From positions 1,116,001-1,180,000 of the forward strand of contig JAXLNO010000385.1 of the NCBI GenBank assembly GCA_038087875.1: DNA of 64,000 bases. Reading direction: 5' to 3'. How positions within the stretch are numbered: the stretch's first letter is position 1; each line of letters opens with the position of its first letter. Of this stretch, positions 51,601 to 64,000 are shown piece after piece. The position numbers were made by a program, and so were the translations under genes. The DNA comes from Malacoraja senta (Eukaryota). The notes under the pieces were generated by a model. The model saw nothing but the letters and a program-made list of their open reading frames with translations. It made no database searches and was not told the origin of the DNA.

Positions 51601-54600
51601 GCATGCCGTTGCATTTCATTAACGTGTATGCCCCTAGCTCCAGCACGATGCAGGCTGGCCTAATTCAGGAGGTGACTGCTCTGTTGAGCACTATGATGGG
51701 AGAGTGTGTTTTCCTTGGTGGGGACTTTAATTGCACACTTGAGGCGGGAGATCGTTCGGTACTCAGTGTGCCCCTGCTGTAGCGAAGAAGTTGAGGGGAT
51801 GATTGAATCCTTGAGTTGGTTGATGCATGGCGGAACCTCCATCCGGATTCCAATGCTTTTCGCGGAGGTATGAGGGTGGTGGTTCCCGTATTGACAGAAT
51901 ATATATTTCCCGAGCGTTTGTTGGCCGTGTCGCAGAGGCTTCAATGCGGGTGGTGCCATGCTCGGATCACTGTCTGGTGCGTGTGGACTTTAATCCGGCG
52001 CGCGCTAGGGCTGGGTCCGCGTACTGGCACTTTAACAACCGGTTGCTGGAGGATCGGTGTTTCCGGGAGTCATTCAGTCGGTTTTGGGGAAGTGAGAGAG
52101 GGGCGGAGGTGCTTCTCTTCCCTTAGGCAGTGTGGGATGTGGGAAGGCTCACATTCGTCTATTTTGTAAGGAGTATACGTGGGGGTCGACAGGACGGAGG
52201 GACTCAGCGGTCGCGAGGCTTGAGAGGGAGCTACAGGTGCAGAGTCTCGCCTGGGTCGGGATGGTGAGGACTCCTGTGAATGGGGAGAGTTTCAGAGAAG
52301 AAGGAAGCCTTGAGGAATCTGCTGCTTGAGCGGTCCGAGGCGCTTTCGTGAGGGCGCGGGTACAGATGATGCAAGATCTGGACCGAGCGTCGCCTTTCTT
52401 TTTCTCTTTGGAGAAAGGAGGGGAGCCTGCAAGCAGCTCCTAGAGCTGCTCGCAGATGATGGATCCTCAGTCACTGATCCGGAGAGGATCAGTGAGGAGG
52501 TCAGGTCATTTATGGGTCCCTGTTCTCCGCAGGGGGTATAACGGGGAGGCTCAGAAGGAATTGTGGAGGGTCTACCGACTATTGATAGGAGGTGGCCGAT
52601 CTTCTTGATGGCCCCTTATCTTTGGAGGAGTTGACTTGTGCATTGTTTCAGCTCAGGAAGGGTAAGTACCCGGGATGGATGGGTTGACGGTGGAGTTTGT
52701 CAGAGCTTTCTGGGAGATCCTGGGGGTGATTACATGTTGGTGCTGGGGAGAGTCAGGCGGCCGGGCGATGCCCCTCTCGTGGCGTAGGGCAGTTGTTGTC
52801 TTGCTGCCTAAGAAGGGTGAACTCCGCTTGTTGAAGAACTGGAGGCCGGTATCTCTCCTATGTACAGAATATAAAGTATTTGCACGGGCAATGGCAAATC
52901 GCCTGGGCCCTGTGCTGTCTCAAATGATTCATCCTGACCAGTCCTATACAGTCCCTGGCAGGTCATTCAGGATAACATCCACCTGGTTAGGGACCTGATT
53001 CATCTAGTTCAGGGTACTGGTCAGTCAGCTGCTTTTCTGTCTCTTGATCAAGAGAAGGCTTTTGATAGGGTAGAGCATGATTACCTATTCGGGACGTTGC
53101 AAGCGTTTGGATTTGGACCGCATTTTGTGGCCCGGGTCCGGCTTTTGTACGCTGCAGCGGAGTGCCTGGTGAAGGTTAATGGTGCATTGTTGGCTCCCTT
53201 TCAGTTTGGGAGGGGGGTCCGTCAGGGGTGCCCCATGTCGGGTCAGTTGTACTCGGTCTGTGTGGAGCCGTTCCTGTGTCTTCTTCGGAGGAGGTTGACA
53301 GGTCTGGCCCTACCTGGGCCGGGGTTGGAGGTGGTTCTTTCAGCGTATGCAGATGATGTACTTCTTATGTCACTGATCCTGGTGACCTGCGGAGGATGCG
53401 TGACTGCCAGGAGATTTTCTCAGCTGCATCTTCTGCAAGGATTAACTGGAGTAAGTGTTCTGGTCTTTTAGTGGGTCAGTGGCAGGTGGATTCCCTGCCG
53501 GAGGAGATGGCAAGGTATGTGTGGAGCACAACCCATCTCCTCTATCTGGGGGTTTACCTGAGTCCCACTGAGGATGCTTGGCCGGCGAATTGGCTGGAGT
53601 TGAGACGAAGGTGGTTGCCCGCTGGTCGCTGGTCGGGCTTGCTTGAGTTCTTTCTTTCCGGGGGAGGGTGCTGGTCAAAATCAGCTGGTGGCCTCCATGT
53701 TATGGTACCGGCTGGCTACTCTTGTCCACCTTCCATATTTGTAAATGCCTCTTCAGAAGAAGCTGGTAGATTTCTCTGGGGAAATAGGAAGCACTGGGTC
53801 TCTGCAGCGGTCCTGAGTCTCCCGTTAGAGGAGGGCGGTCAGTCCTTGGTATGCGTGCGTACCCAGGTGGCGGCTCTCGTCTCAGGACTCTGCGGAGGTA
53901 TATGTATGAAGAGAATCCCCCAGATGGCACGCTCTGGCCACGTATTTTTTTCGTCGTGGTCGTTGCCTAGGGGGGGTCTCGCGGCTCCCGTAGACCCGCC
54001 CTAAGGGGTTTGCCTGTTTTCTATCGGGATGTGATCAGAGTGAGGAATTTGGTTGTTTTCAGCCAGCGTGTTGTTCCACGAGGGGAGGGGGATGGTGCGG
54101 ATGCGGGAGTGGCCGGTCCTCGCCCAGTCATGGCGGGTGTCGAGGAGAGGCGAGCGCCTAGAGTGGTTCTGGCTGAGCTTTCAATTGCTCCGTCAGATCT
54201 GCTCATCGGGCCAAGGCTCCGGGATATTTCTCGGGAACCGGCTCCACACAACCTGAGCCGCCTTTCTGAGATGATCAGCATACCGTTTCGTGATGCGAAG
54301 AGACGCACATTGTATAGGATGTTCCTGCACATTCTGCACCTCCTTGCCTTTGTTTCCCGGCCTGACACACCTTGGCGGACGGTGTTACCACCTGATGGTG
54401 GGGGGGGGTCCCTGGTGGGGGTCCTTCTATGAGGGAGTTGTTCCCCTTTACATTGGGGACCTGGGGTGGAGACTGTTGCATGGAGCGGTGGTTTGCAATA
54501 AACTTTTGAGTCGGTTCACGGGTTCGTCTGCCGCGTGTATTTTCTGTGGCAAGGAAGAAACCGTGTTCCACGTATACATGGAGTGTGAGAGGTTACTGCC

Positions 54601-55055
54601 CCTGTATCAATATCTGAAGGGGTTGTTCCTTAAGTTCTGGTTGCATTTTAGTCCCACGATTCTAGTGTGTGGGCATAAGGTAGGGTGTGGGGAGAGCCAA
54701 GTGGGGGGTTGGGACCTCCCTGTCGGTTTGCTCCTGGGCCTGGTTAAGATGGCCATTCGTGGGTCCAGGCAGCGGGCGGTCGATGGTGAGGCGAGAGTTG
54801 GCTGCCTGCCCCTCTTCCGGGCGTACGTCCGTGCACGGGTGTCCCTGGAGCGGGAATATGCGGTGTCCACGGGGACTCTGGAGGCCTTCCGTGGGCGATG
54901 GTCACCACGTGGGGTGGAGAGTATAATAAATCATGAATGTAATGTTGTACTATAATGATGTGGTTTGATATAATGTATCTTTGATTATGTATTGATGTGA
55001 TGTATCATTGAGTGTGTTGAATAAAGTTTTTGAAAAGTTAAAAAAAAAAAAAAAA

Positions 55056-55064
<9 letters not shown>
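48604..55064 (+). mobile_element. Apparently full-length Tx1-clade (L1 superfamily) LINE in a (GA)n microsatellite; ORFs broken by many indels
   Basis: ORF1 runs from ~49067 with CHECGAYGHFRNEC. The APE has FLQETH, INVYAP, GGDFNC, RIDRIY and SDH; the RT has KNWRPVSLL, DQEKAFDRVEH, GVRQGCP and AYADD; the C-terminus has CIFC..HVYMEC. The stop is at 54955, AATAAA at 55020 and poly(A) at 55040-55064. Empty (CT)n site at ~40850-40945. Confidence 0.93.
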
Positions 55065-55108
<44 letters not shown>

Positions 55109-57579
55109 GAGAGAGAGAGAGAAACGGGGGTGGAGTGGACGGGGAGGGGAGAGAGAGAGAGGGAGAAAGTAAAAGGCCCTGGAGAGGGTGGGAGCGAGAC
55201 GGGCAGTGGAGGAAGTGAGAGATGTGATCTCGTCTGAAGAACGGTCTCGACCCGAATCATGTCCGATTCCTTCTCCCGAGAAATGCTGCATGTCCCGCTG
55301 AGTTCCGCCCGAATTGTGTTTGTCTATGTTAATCCAAGTTATGTTGTGCCCAGGTTAATAAACTGTGTTCAACATATGATGAGCGTTTGTCGGCACTGGG
55401 TCTGTACTCACTGACGTTCAGAAGAACGAGGGGGGACCTCATTGAAACAACGTTTAAGTGACATTTGGACAAGTACATGGATAAGACAGGTTTAAAGGTA
55501 TACATCCAGGCGCCCTCTCCTAATTCTCTCATTTACAGGTGCCCTTCCATATATCCAAGTTGCTGCCTCACAGCGCCAGAGCCCCGAGTTCGATCCTGAC
55601 CACGGGCGTTGTCTGTGCAGAGTTTGCACTTTCTCCCCGCGATCTGCCCCGGGCCGGGACGGTGTCTCACACCCCCCTCTCCCTAGCCATAGGATATAGA
55701 TTCAAGGTGAAGGGGAAAAGATTGAATAGGAACCAGAGGGGGTAACTTTTCGACACAGAGGGTGGTGGGTTTTATGGAACAGCTGCCGGAAGATGTTCTT
55801 GAAGCAGGGATTATCACGACGTTTGGGCAGGTAAATGGATAGCACAGGTTTGGAGGGATGTGGGCCAAACGCGGGCAGGTGGGATAAGTGTAAACGGAGC
55901 ATGTTGGTCAGTCTGGACAAGTTGACCGAAGGACCTGTTTCCGTTGTATTATTTTCCCCAAACCTCTCCGCCCTCCGGCACTCTCTCGATCTCCCCACCA
56001 TTCTCCCCCTCCCCGTCTCTCCCTCCCTCTCCCCGTCTCTCACTCTCTCTCCCCCGTCTCTCCCTCCTCCCCATCTCTCCTCTCTTCCCCGTCTCTCCCT
56101 CCCTCTCCCAGTCTCTCTCCCTGTCTCTACTTACCCCTCTCACTGTCCCGTCTCTCTTTCCATCCCTCCGTCTCCATCTCTCCCCCTTCTCTCTCTCTCC
56201 CGTCTCCCCATTCCTCCCTCCGTCTCCATCTCTCCCCCTTCTCTCTCTCTCCCGTCTCCCCATCCGTCCCCCGTCTCCATCTTCTCTCTCTCTCTCTTTC
56301 TCCCGTCACTTTCTCTCTCCGACTTTTTCTGTCAGACACTCCCTCCTTCCTGCTGCGAGAAAAGCCGAGACGCAGAGCGAGAGCGAGTGACGAGGAGAGG
56401 GAGAGACAGACGGGGAGGGGTGAGAGACGGGGAGGGAAAGAGAGAGAGAGAGAGAGGATGGGAGGGGACAGGAGGGAGCGAAGGAGATGAGAAGGGGAGA
56501 GGAGAGGGAGAGACAGTGAGGAGAGGAGAGAGAGGGACACACAGAGAAAGAGAGTGAAAGAGAGGGGAGAGGGAGAGATGGGGAGAGGAGGGAGTGAGAG
56601 AGACGGGAAGGGAGAGAGAGACGGGGAGAGAGAAAGACTGGGAGAGAGAGATAGATGGTGAGGGATTGAAAGAGAGAGACGGGGAGGGTGAGAGAGAGTG
56701 GAAAAGTAAGAGAGTGTCGGGGAGGCGAGAGAGAGGTGGGGAGGGGGAGGGAGAGAGATGGAGACGGGGAGGGAAAGAGCGGACAAGTACGGTGGGAGAG
56801 CGACGGGGAGCGATAAAGAGAGAGAGATGGGGAGGGAGCGAGAGTGAGATAGGGAGGAGAGAGAGATGGGGAGGGGAGGGAGAGAGAGATGGGGGGTGGC
56901 GTAGACGAGATAGAGAGATACGGGGAGGAGAGCGGACGGGGAGGGGAAGAGAGAGAGAGAGATGCGACGGGTAGGTGACCAGAGAGAGAAAGAGACGGGG
57001 AGGGGAAAGAGAGAGTGACGGAGACGGGGGAGAGAGACGGAAGGGGGAGAGATGGAGGGGCGAGGGAGACAGGGACACGGACCCCAACGTCCCACCCACT
57101 CCCCTGCCGCCCCTCCTCCCTCCCTCTCTCCCTCCTCCTCCTCCCCTCTATGTTTACATACTGTTTGGTGCTGCTGCTAGTTTGGATGTCATTATTGTGT
57201 CTGGAATATTTGACAATGTAACACACGTGAGTCTTGACCCGCTGCCCCTCTCCCTCTTACACAGTCTCTCTCCCTCCGCGTTGCTCTCTCTTCCATCCAG
57301 TCACTCCACTCTCTTTCTCCGTTCACCCCTTCTTTCTCCTTTCTTACTCCCTGTCTCTCCCTCCGGAGAAGAACGAGGGGACCTCATTGATACAACGTTA
57401 AAGTCATTTGGCCAGACATTTAGACAGGAACATGGATAGGGCAGGTTTAACCGTATACTTACAGGTGCCCTCCCCTAAATCCGAATGGTATCGTTGCTCT
57501 CACAGCGCCAGAGACCCGGTGGGGAGAGAGATGGGGAGAGAGGGGGTAGAGTGGGGGAGATAGTGGAGAAAGGAGATAT

Positions 57580-57668
<89 letters not shown>

Positions 57669-57671
57669 TGG

Positions 57672-57703
<32 letters not shown>

Positions 57704-58892
57704 CGGGGGTGGAGAGAGAAGGATTGGGAGTGGAGGAGAGAGAGAGAGGGAGAGAGTAGAAGGAGAGAGCGAGACGGGGAGTGGAGGAAGTGAGAGATGG
57801 GATCTCGTCTGAAGAACGGTCTCGATCCATGTCCCATTCATTCTCCCCAGAAATGCTAAATAAACTGTGCTCAACATATGATGAGCGTTTGTCCGCACTG
57901 GACCTGTACTCACTGAAGTTCAGAAGAACGAGGGGACACCTCATTGAATCAACGTTTAAGTGACATTTGGACAGGTACATGGATAAGACAGGTTTAAAGG
58001 GATATATACAGGTGCCCTCCCCTAATTCTCTCATTTACAGGGGAAAAGATTTAATAGGAATCTGAGGGGTAACTTTTCCACACAGAGGGTGGTGGGTTTT
58101 ATGGAACAGCTGCCGGAATATGTAGTTGAGACAGGGACTATCACGTCGTTTGGACAGGTACATGGATAGCACAGGTTTGGAGGGATATGGGCCAAACGCG
58201 GGCAGGAGGGATAAGTGTAAATGGAGCATTTTGGTCAGTGTGAGCAAGTTGACCGAAGGGCCTGTTTCTGTTGTATTACTTGCACAACCCTCTCCCCTCT
58301 CCGTCACTCTCTCGATCTCCCCATTATTCTCCCCTCCTCCACTTCCCCCTCCCCGTCTCTCACTCCCTCTCCCCGTTTCTCACTCGCTCTCTCCCCGTCT
58401 CTCCCTCCCACCCTCATCTCTCTCTCTCCTCTCTTCCCCGTCTCTCCTTTCCTCTCCTCTTCTCTCGCTCGCCCCATCGATGTCTCTCTCTCCCTCTCAG
58501 TCTCTCTCTCTCTCCCCGTCTCTCTCTACTTCCCCCTCTCACTCTCCCGTCTCTCATTCCCTTCGTCTCCATCTTTGGCCCCTCTCTCTCTCCAGTCTCT
58601 CCATCCCTCCCTCCGTCCCCATCTCTAGACCCTTCTCTCTCTCTCTCTCCTCTCTGTACCTCCCTCCCTGCACCCTCTCTCTCTTGCCCCGTCACTTTCT
58701 CTCTCTGACTTTTTCTGTCAGACACTCCCTCCTTCCTGCTGCGAGAAACGGCGAGACGCAGAGCGAGAGTGAGTGACGAGGAGAGGGAGAGACAGACGGG
58801 AGGGGGTGAGAGAGACGGGGAGGGAAAAAGAGAGAGGGAGAGAGAGAGGATTGGAGGGGAGGGGAGGGAGTGAAAGAGTTGAGACGGAGATT
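55065..58892 (+). repeat. GA/CT tracts with composite modules: degenerate hammerhead (~55234), V-SINE head (55561-55648), CR1 3' ends (55695-55950, 58038-58277)
   Basis: Inverse of 32241-33725 joined to 38471-40900. Confidence 0.8.
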
Positions 58893-58953
58893 TTGTTCGA
58901 CTTCGAGTTCGAGTACGAGTTCGAGATCGTGTTCGAGATCGAGTTCGAGAGAG

Positions 58954-58984
<31 letters not shown>

Positions 58985-60115
58985 TACAGTTAGTTCGAAT
59001 TCGAGTTCCAGATAGAGTTCGAGTTCTAGTTCAAGTTCGAGCTCGAGTTAGCATTGAATGAATGACTGACTGAATGAATGAATGAATGAATGAACGAATG
59101 AATGAATGAATGAATTTATTGGCCAAGTCTTCACATACAAGGAATTCGCCTTGGTGCTCCGCCCGCAAGTGGAACTCCAACTCGAGTTTTAAATAGAGTT
59201 CGAGGTCGGGGTGGTGTTCGAGATAGAGTTTGTGTTCGACAGAGATGTCGATATGTAGTTCGAGATCGAGTTCCAGATCGAGTTCTAGATCGAGTTCGAG
59301 TTCGAGTTCGAGTTCGAGTTCGAGTTCGAGTTCGAGTTCGAGTTGAATGAAGAATGAATGAATGAATGAATGAATGAATGAATGAATGGATGAATGAATG
59401 AATGAATGAATGAATGAATGAAATATTTAATGAATGACTGAATTAATAAATACATTTATTGGTCAAGTATTCACATACAAAGAATTTGCCTTGATGGTCC
59501 GCCAGCAAGTCGAACTTCAACTCGAGTTCGAGATAGAGTTTGTGATAGAGTTCGAGTTCAATTCGATGTTGGAGTTGGAGTTGGAGTTCGAGATAGTTCG
59601 AGTTCGAGATAGTTCGAGTTCAAGAAACAGTTCGAGTTCGAGATCGAGTTCGCGATAGAGTTCGAGTTCGAGATTGATTTTGATGTCGCGATAGAGTTGG
59701 AGTTCGTGATAGAGCTCGAGTTCAATTAATTAATTAATTAATCAATCACTCAATTAATTAATTAATTAATTAATTGGGTGATCAGTCAATTAATTAATTA
59801 ATTAATTAATTAATTGATTGATTGGTTGATTGATTGATTGATTGATTAATTAATTAATCAATTAATTAATTAATTAATTAATTAATTAATTAATTAATTA
59901 ATTAATACATTTATTGGCCAAGTATTCACAAACAATGAATTTGCTTTGCTGGTCTGCGTATTCGAGTTCGAGTTCGAGTTCGAATTCGAGTTCGAGATAG
60001 AGTGCGAGTTCGAGAGAAAGTTCGAGAGCGAGTTCGAGTTCGAGATAGAGTGCGAGTTCGAGTTCGAGTTCGAGATAGAGTTCGAGTTCGAGTTCGAGTT
60101 CGAGTTCGAGAAAGA
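58893..60115 (+). repeat. (GAGTTC)n satellite, third copy of part A, including a (TAAT)n tract at 59724-59906
   Basis: The entry junction is the same as at 45-240. Confidence 0.92.
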
Positions 60116-61243
60116 CTTTATTTTATTTTAATTTAACTTAATTCTTTATTTCGAACAGAATAAAAGAATAAAAAGCGTGTGAAACAGCATACGAAAAAAC
60201 AAAACAAGAATATTTATAAAGTGTCATAAACATAAATGAAATCGTATGTGTCCGAAAAGGAGCAGGAAGAAGCCAAAGCTTATTATTTCCCACCCCCTTA
60301 TTCAACTGCTTATAATTATTTTATACATATTTAGCAGCTATATGTACACCATATGTACACCAGCAGCTATATGTACACCAAATTATTTACATGTATACAC
60401 TAATCAAATATTTACAAAGCCATACAAAAAAAGAGAGAAAAAAGAAAAAAGAAAAGTAAAAACCGTCATATACTATACAGTATCTCTCAGTCATATATAC
60501 AACCCACAACCCTCATATACAATGCAGTATTCCTTAGTCATATATACAACCCATCACCCTATAATCACCCTTCCCGATACAATCAGTATAACAAATATCC
60601 CACTCACAATCACCTATCCTCATCCCAATATCCTTTAAAAAAAAGTGTTTTAGAAATTAATGGATTATGGGTTAATAACTGGAAAAAAGCTAATTCTAAA
60701 ATTTTGGAAGAAGGCTCCAATACCAACTATAAATATGTGGATTTCAAATATGTTTGAAACACTACACCTTGAAGAGATAAGACTCCTCCTAGCAGGTAAA
60801 CCAGATCACTTCCACCTGACGTGGTCTGCATTTATAGAATTATTACAAACATAGGGTGCAAAAGTACTTTAAAAAAATAAAAAGTTGAGGTCGGGTAAGG
60901 GGGGATGATAGTTGAAGAGTTGGTATGTCCTATTTACGTGATGCTCAAAAAAAAACATTTGTTTTTCTTTTTTTCTCTTTCTCTTTTCTTTTCTTAGGGC
61001 CTATTTCTTAACTCTTTTTCTTTTTGTTTTTAATTTTGCTCTCATAGGGTCTTCGTCCTTTTTTGTTGTTACATTTTCTACACTTTTCTACACTTGCACT
61101 TTTTCCTTCACTTTCTTCTCTCTTTCAATCTTTTCTTTCTTTAGTGTAAAAAAATAAATAAAGGGAGTACATTAATTGTAAGAAGATATAAATGACGAGT
61201 ATTAATGTATGTGGCTGTGATGTAATGTACTTCTAATAAATAA

Positions 61244-61283
<40 letters not shown>

Positions 61284-61471
61284 GTTTTTGTACATCTTTT
61301 TAAACTGAATTATGTTTGTGCTAAGCTTTATCTCCTGTTCCAGACCATTCCACAAATTCGCCCCACAGATTACTATGCACATAATTTTATGAGTTGTTCT
61401 GATATTGTGTTTTTAAAAATTATTTTCCCCTCTCAAATTATACCCACCCTGTCTTTCCATAAACAGTTTTT
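60116..61471 (-). mobile_element. L2-group LINE 3' fragment, copy 4, split by L1
   Basis: Matches 5553-6281 on both sides of the L1. Confidence 0.7.
60652..61273 (+). mobile_element. 5'-truncated L1 (fish-type) with poly(A) and ~15-bp TSD
   Basis: ORF 60660-60854 reads GKKLILKFWK..PTINMW..LEEIR..TWSAFIE, followed by AATAAA and poly(A). TSD AAAAAAAAGTGTTTT is at 60637-60651 and 61274-61288, at a TT|AAAA site. Confidence 0.9.
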
Positions 61472-61660
61472 CTCGAGTACGAGATCAAGTTCGAGCTCGA
61501 GTTCGAATTGAATGAATGAATGAACACGTTTATTGGCCTAGTACTCACATACAGGGAAGTTGCCTTGGTGCTCCGCCCGCAAGGCGAACTCAAACTCGAG
61601 TTCGAGATAGAGTTCGTGTTCGAGATAGAGTACGATTTCGCGTTCGAGATAGAGTTTGAG

Positions 61661-62376
61661 TTCAAGAATCAAGAATCAAGAGACTTTATTGTCATGTGTC
61701 GCTGATAGGACAATGACATTCTTGCTTTGCTTCAGCACAACAGAACATAGTAGGCCTTGAGTACAAAACAGATCAGTGTGTCCATATACCATTATCTACG
61801 TAAAAAGTACAAATAACAGATAATGGACAATTAATGTTTGGAGTTTTGTCCGAGCCAAGTTTAAAAGGCTGTGGGGAAGTAGCTATTCCTGAACCTGGTC
61901 ATTGCAGTCTTCATGCTCCTGTACCTTATACCTGAAGGTAGCAGGGAGATGAGTGTGTGGCCAGGATGGTGTGGTTCCTTGATGATTCTGACAGCCTTTT
62001 TGAGGCAGCGACTGCGATAGATCCCCTCGATGGAAGGGAGGTCAGAGCCGATGATGGACTGAGCAGTGTTTATTACATTTTGTAGTCTTTTCCTCTGCAG
62101 GGCGCTCAAGTTACCGAACCAAGCCACGATGCAACCGGTCAGCATGCTCTCTACTGTGCACCTGTAGACGTTCGAGAGCGTCCTCCTTGACAAACTGACC
62201 CTCCGTAATCTTCTCAGGAAGTAGAGGCGCTGATGTGCTTTCTTATTAATTGCATCAGTGTTCTCGGACCAGGAAAGATCTTCAGAGATGTGCACGCCCA
62301 GGAATTAGAAGCTCTTGACCCTTTCAACCATCGACCCGTTGATATAAACGGGACTGTGGGTCCCCATCCTACTCCT
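61661..62376 (-). mobile_element. Rex1/Babar LINE 3' part, copy 4, interrupted by L1
   Basis: ORF 61861-62295; same tail and shared stop as the other copies. Confidence 0.88.
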
Positions 62377-64000
62377 TTTTTTTTGATTAATATTTTTATT
62401 AGAAGCAAATAAAGTATAGTAACATATTATAATAGAAAAAAAAACTTTTCATATACATCAATCATACATTATTAAAATTGTCAATTGTCAACTAATTCTG
62501 CTTCTGTTTTTTTTTATATAGATAGAAAAAGAGAGGTAGAAAGAAAAAAGCATTACAAATATCGAGAAAAAAGAAAGAAAAAGAGGTGGAATGAGTTATT
62601 TATAATACGTCATTGGAGATAAATTCGTAGGTTATGATAATTTTACATCTAATCCTGAGTTCAAGCTTCAGTTGGGTTTTCGTGCTGGGCCCATCTATCC
62701 CTTCAAATAGTTAATGAATGGAGCCCATATTTTAACAAAAAGTTCTTGTATGTCCATTAAGACAAGTCCGACATTTCCACAATCCACATTTTCATTGTGG
62801 GGGTTATAGGACCTTTCCAAAATGTTAATATTAATTTTTTCCCAGTTATTATACTGTAGTCAAGGAAGTTTCTTTGACTTGTTGTGAGTATTAAACTTTG
62901 TTCTGATATCCCAAGTATTATTAATTTTGAGTCTGGATCCAATTTAGTATTAACAACTTCAGAAATTATTTCAAAAGTATCAATCCAGAATTTTTTGATT
63001 TTTATACAATTTGCAAAAGTATGTGTTAAATTGGCCTCCAGATGTAGGCATTTATCACAAATAGGAGAAATATGTGGGAAGATTCTATTTAGTTTTATTT
63101 TGGAATAATGTAATCTGTGTAAGACTTTAAATTGTATTAAAGCATTTCTGGCATTTAACGGGCATTGATGTATATGTTGTAAACTTTCGTACCAAATGTC
63201 TTTCGTTATAGAGTGACCTAACTCATTTTCCCATGTTTGTCTATATAGTTCCATCGGTGGTACCTCATTGTTTAAGAGGATGTTATAGATATAAGCTATT
63301 ATTTTTTCAGTGTTAGGATGCTTATTCAAACATTCATCAAGAATTTCTGGTTCCCTAGTCCTATATACTTGTGTATTAGATTTCACATAATCTCTAATTT
63401 GTAGATATCTGAAAAAATTATTTGAGTGTAGTCCATAATTCTGTTGTAACTCTTGAAATGACAGAAAGATGCCTTCCCTATAAAGATGTCCAATCTTTTT
63501 AATCCCATAATCTTTCCATTGTATAAAACCTCTATCCAATATGGACGGTTTGAATAAAGGATTATTTACAATGGGAAGACATAGTGGTATATTATTCAGT
63601 TTTAAAGCTTTTTTTTAATTGTTTCCAAATTCGTATTCCACTATGTATTATACGGTTTTCCTTATAGGTTTTTTAATGCAATTTTGTGGGAACAAGTATA
63701 ATCGAACCAATTTCAAAAGGTAAACAGTCTTCGTTTTCCATCCTTAACCAATCTGGATATTGATCCATTTCTTCCAGCCAGAAATTCATGTTTTTAATAT
63801 AGACTGCCCAAAAATAAAATAAGAAATTTGGCAAAGCCAAACCTCCGTTGCTCTTTGACTTACATAGATGTTTTTTACTTATTCTTTGATTCTTATAATC
63901 CCAAATAAAGCTTGTACCAATGGAGTCGACTTTTTTGAAAACGTTTTTTGGAATATATATCGGAATTAATTGAAATAGATACAGTAGTTGCGGTAAGAAG
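62376..64000 (-). mobile_element. L1 LINE 3' part (ORF2 C-terminus), continuing beyond the window
   Basis: ORF 62757-63539 has FFRYLQIR, IQFKVLHRLHYS, CDKC..HTFANC and KKLILTFWK. GGLALPNF lies near 63830-63847, and poly(T) is at 62376-62384. Confidence 0.9.

Overview
This is eukaryotic, repeat-saturated DNA. I found no host gene, rRNA/tRNA gene or CRISPR array. The repeat families (V-SINE/HE1-like heads, CR1 3' ends, Penelope-derived repeats, Rex1/Babar, fish-type L1 and Tx1) suggest a cartilaginous fish such as a skate or ray; this is inference only. The window consists of three contigs separated by two 200-N gaps (18210-18409, 43880-44079). All three are copies of one composite unit of over 20 kb. 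Part A of the unit is a CpG-rich (GAGTTC)n satellite studded with ~55-bp LINE 3' tips and (GAAT)n tails, plus L2-like, Rex1 and Gypsy fragments. Part B is (GA)-rich modules of CR1 end, SINE head and Penelope hammerhead. The middle contig is inverted relative to the other two, giving two apparent giant palindromes centred on the gaps; this is either a real inversion or a scaffolding flip of a head-to-tail macro-repeat. Copy-specific insertions with visible empty sites include a complete Gypsy element, a full-length Tx1-clade LINE in (GA)n, a Penelope GIY-YIG fragment with a hammerhead core, two L1 fragments and an L2/CR1 fragment. Most ORF-track ORFs are low-complexity artefacts. Family names come from recognised motifs, not database searches. 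I see no convincing wholly new system. The best candidates for follow-up are the macro-repeat architecture, the satellite/LINE-tip array and a 32-bp-phased element.
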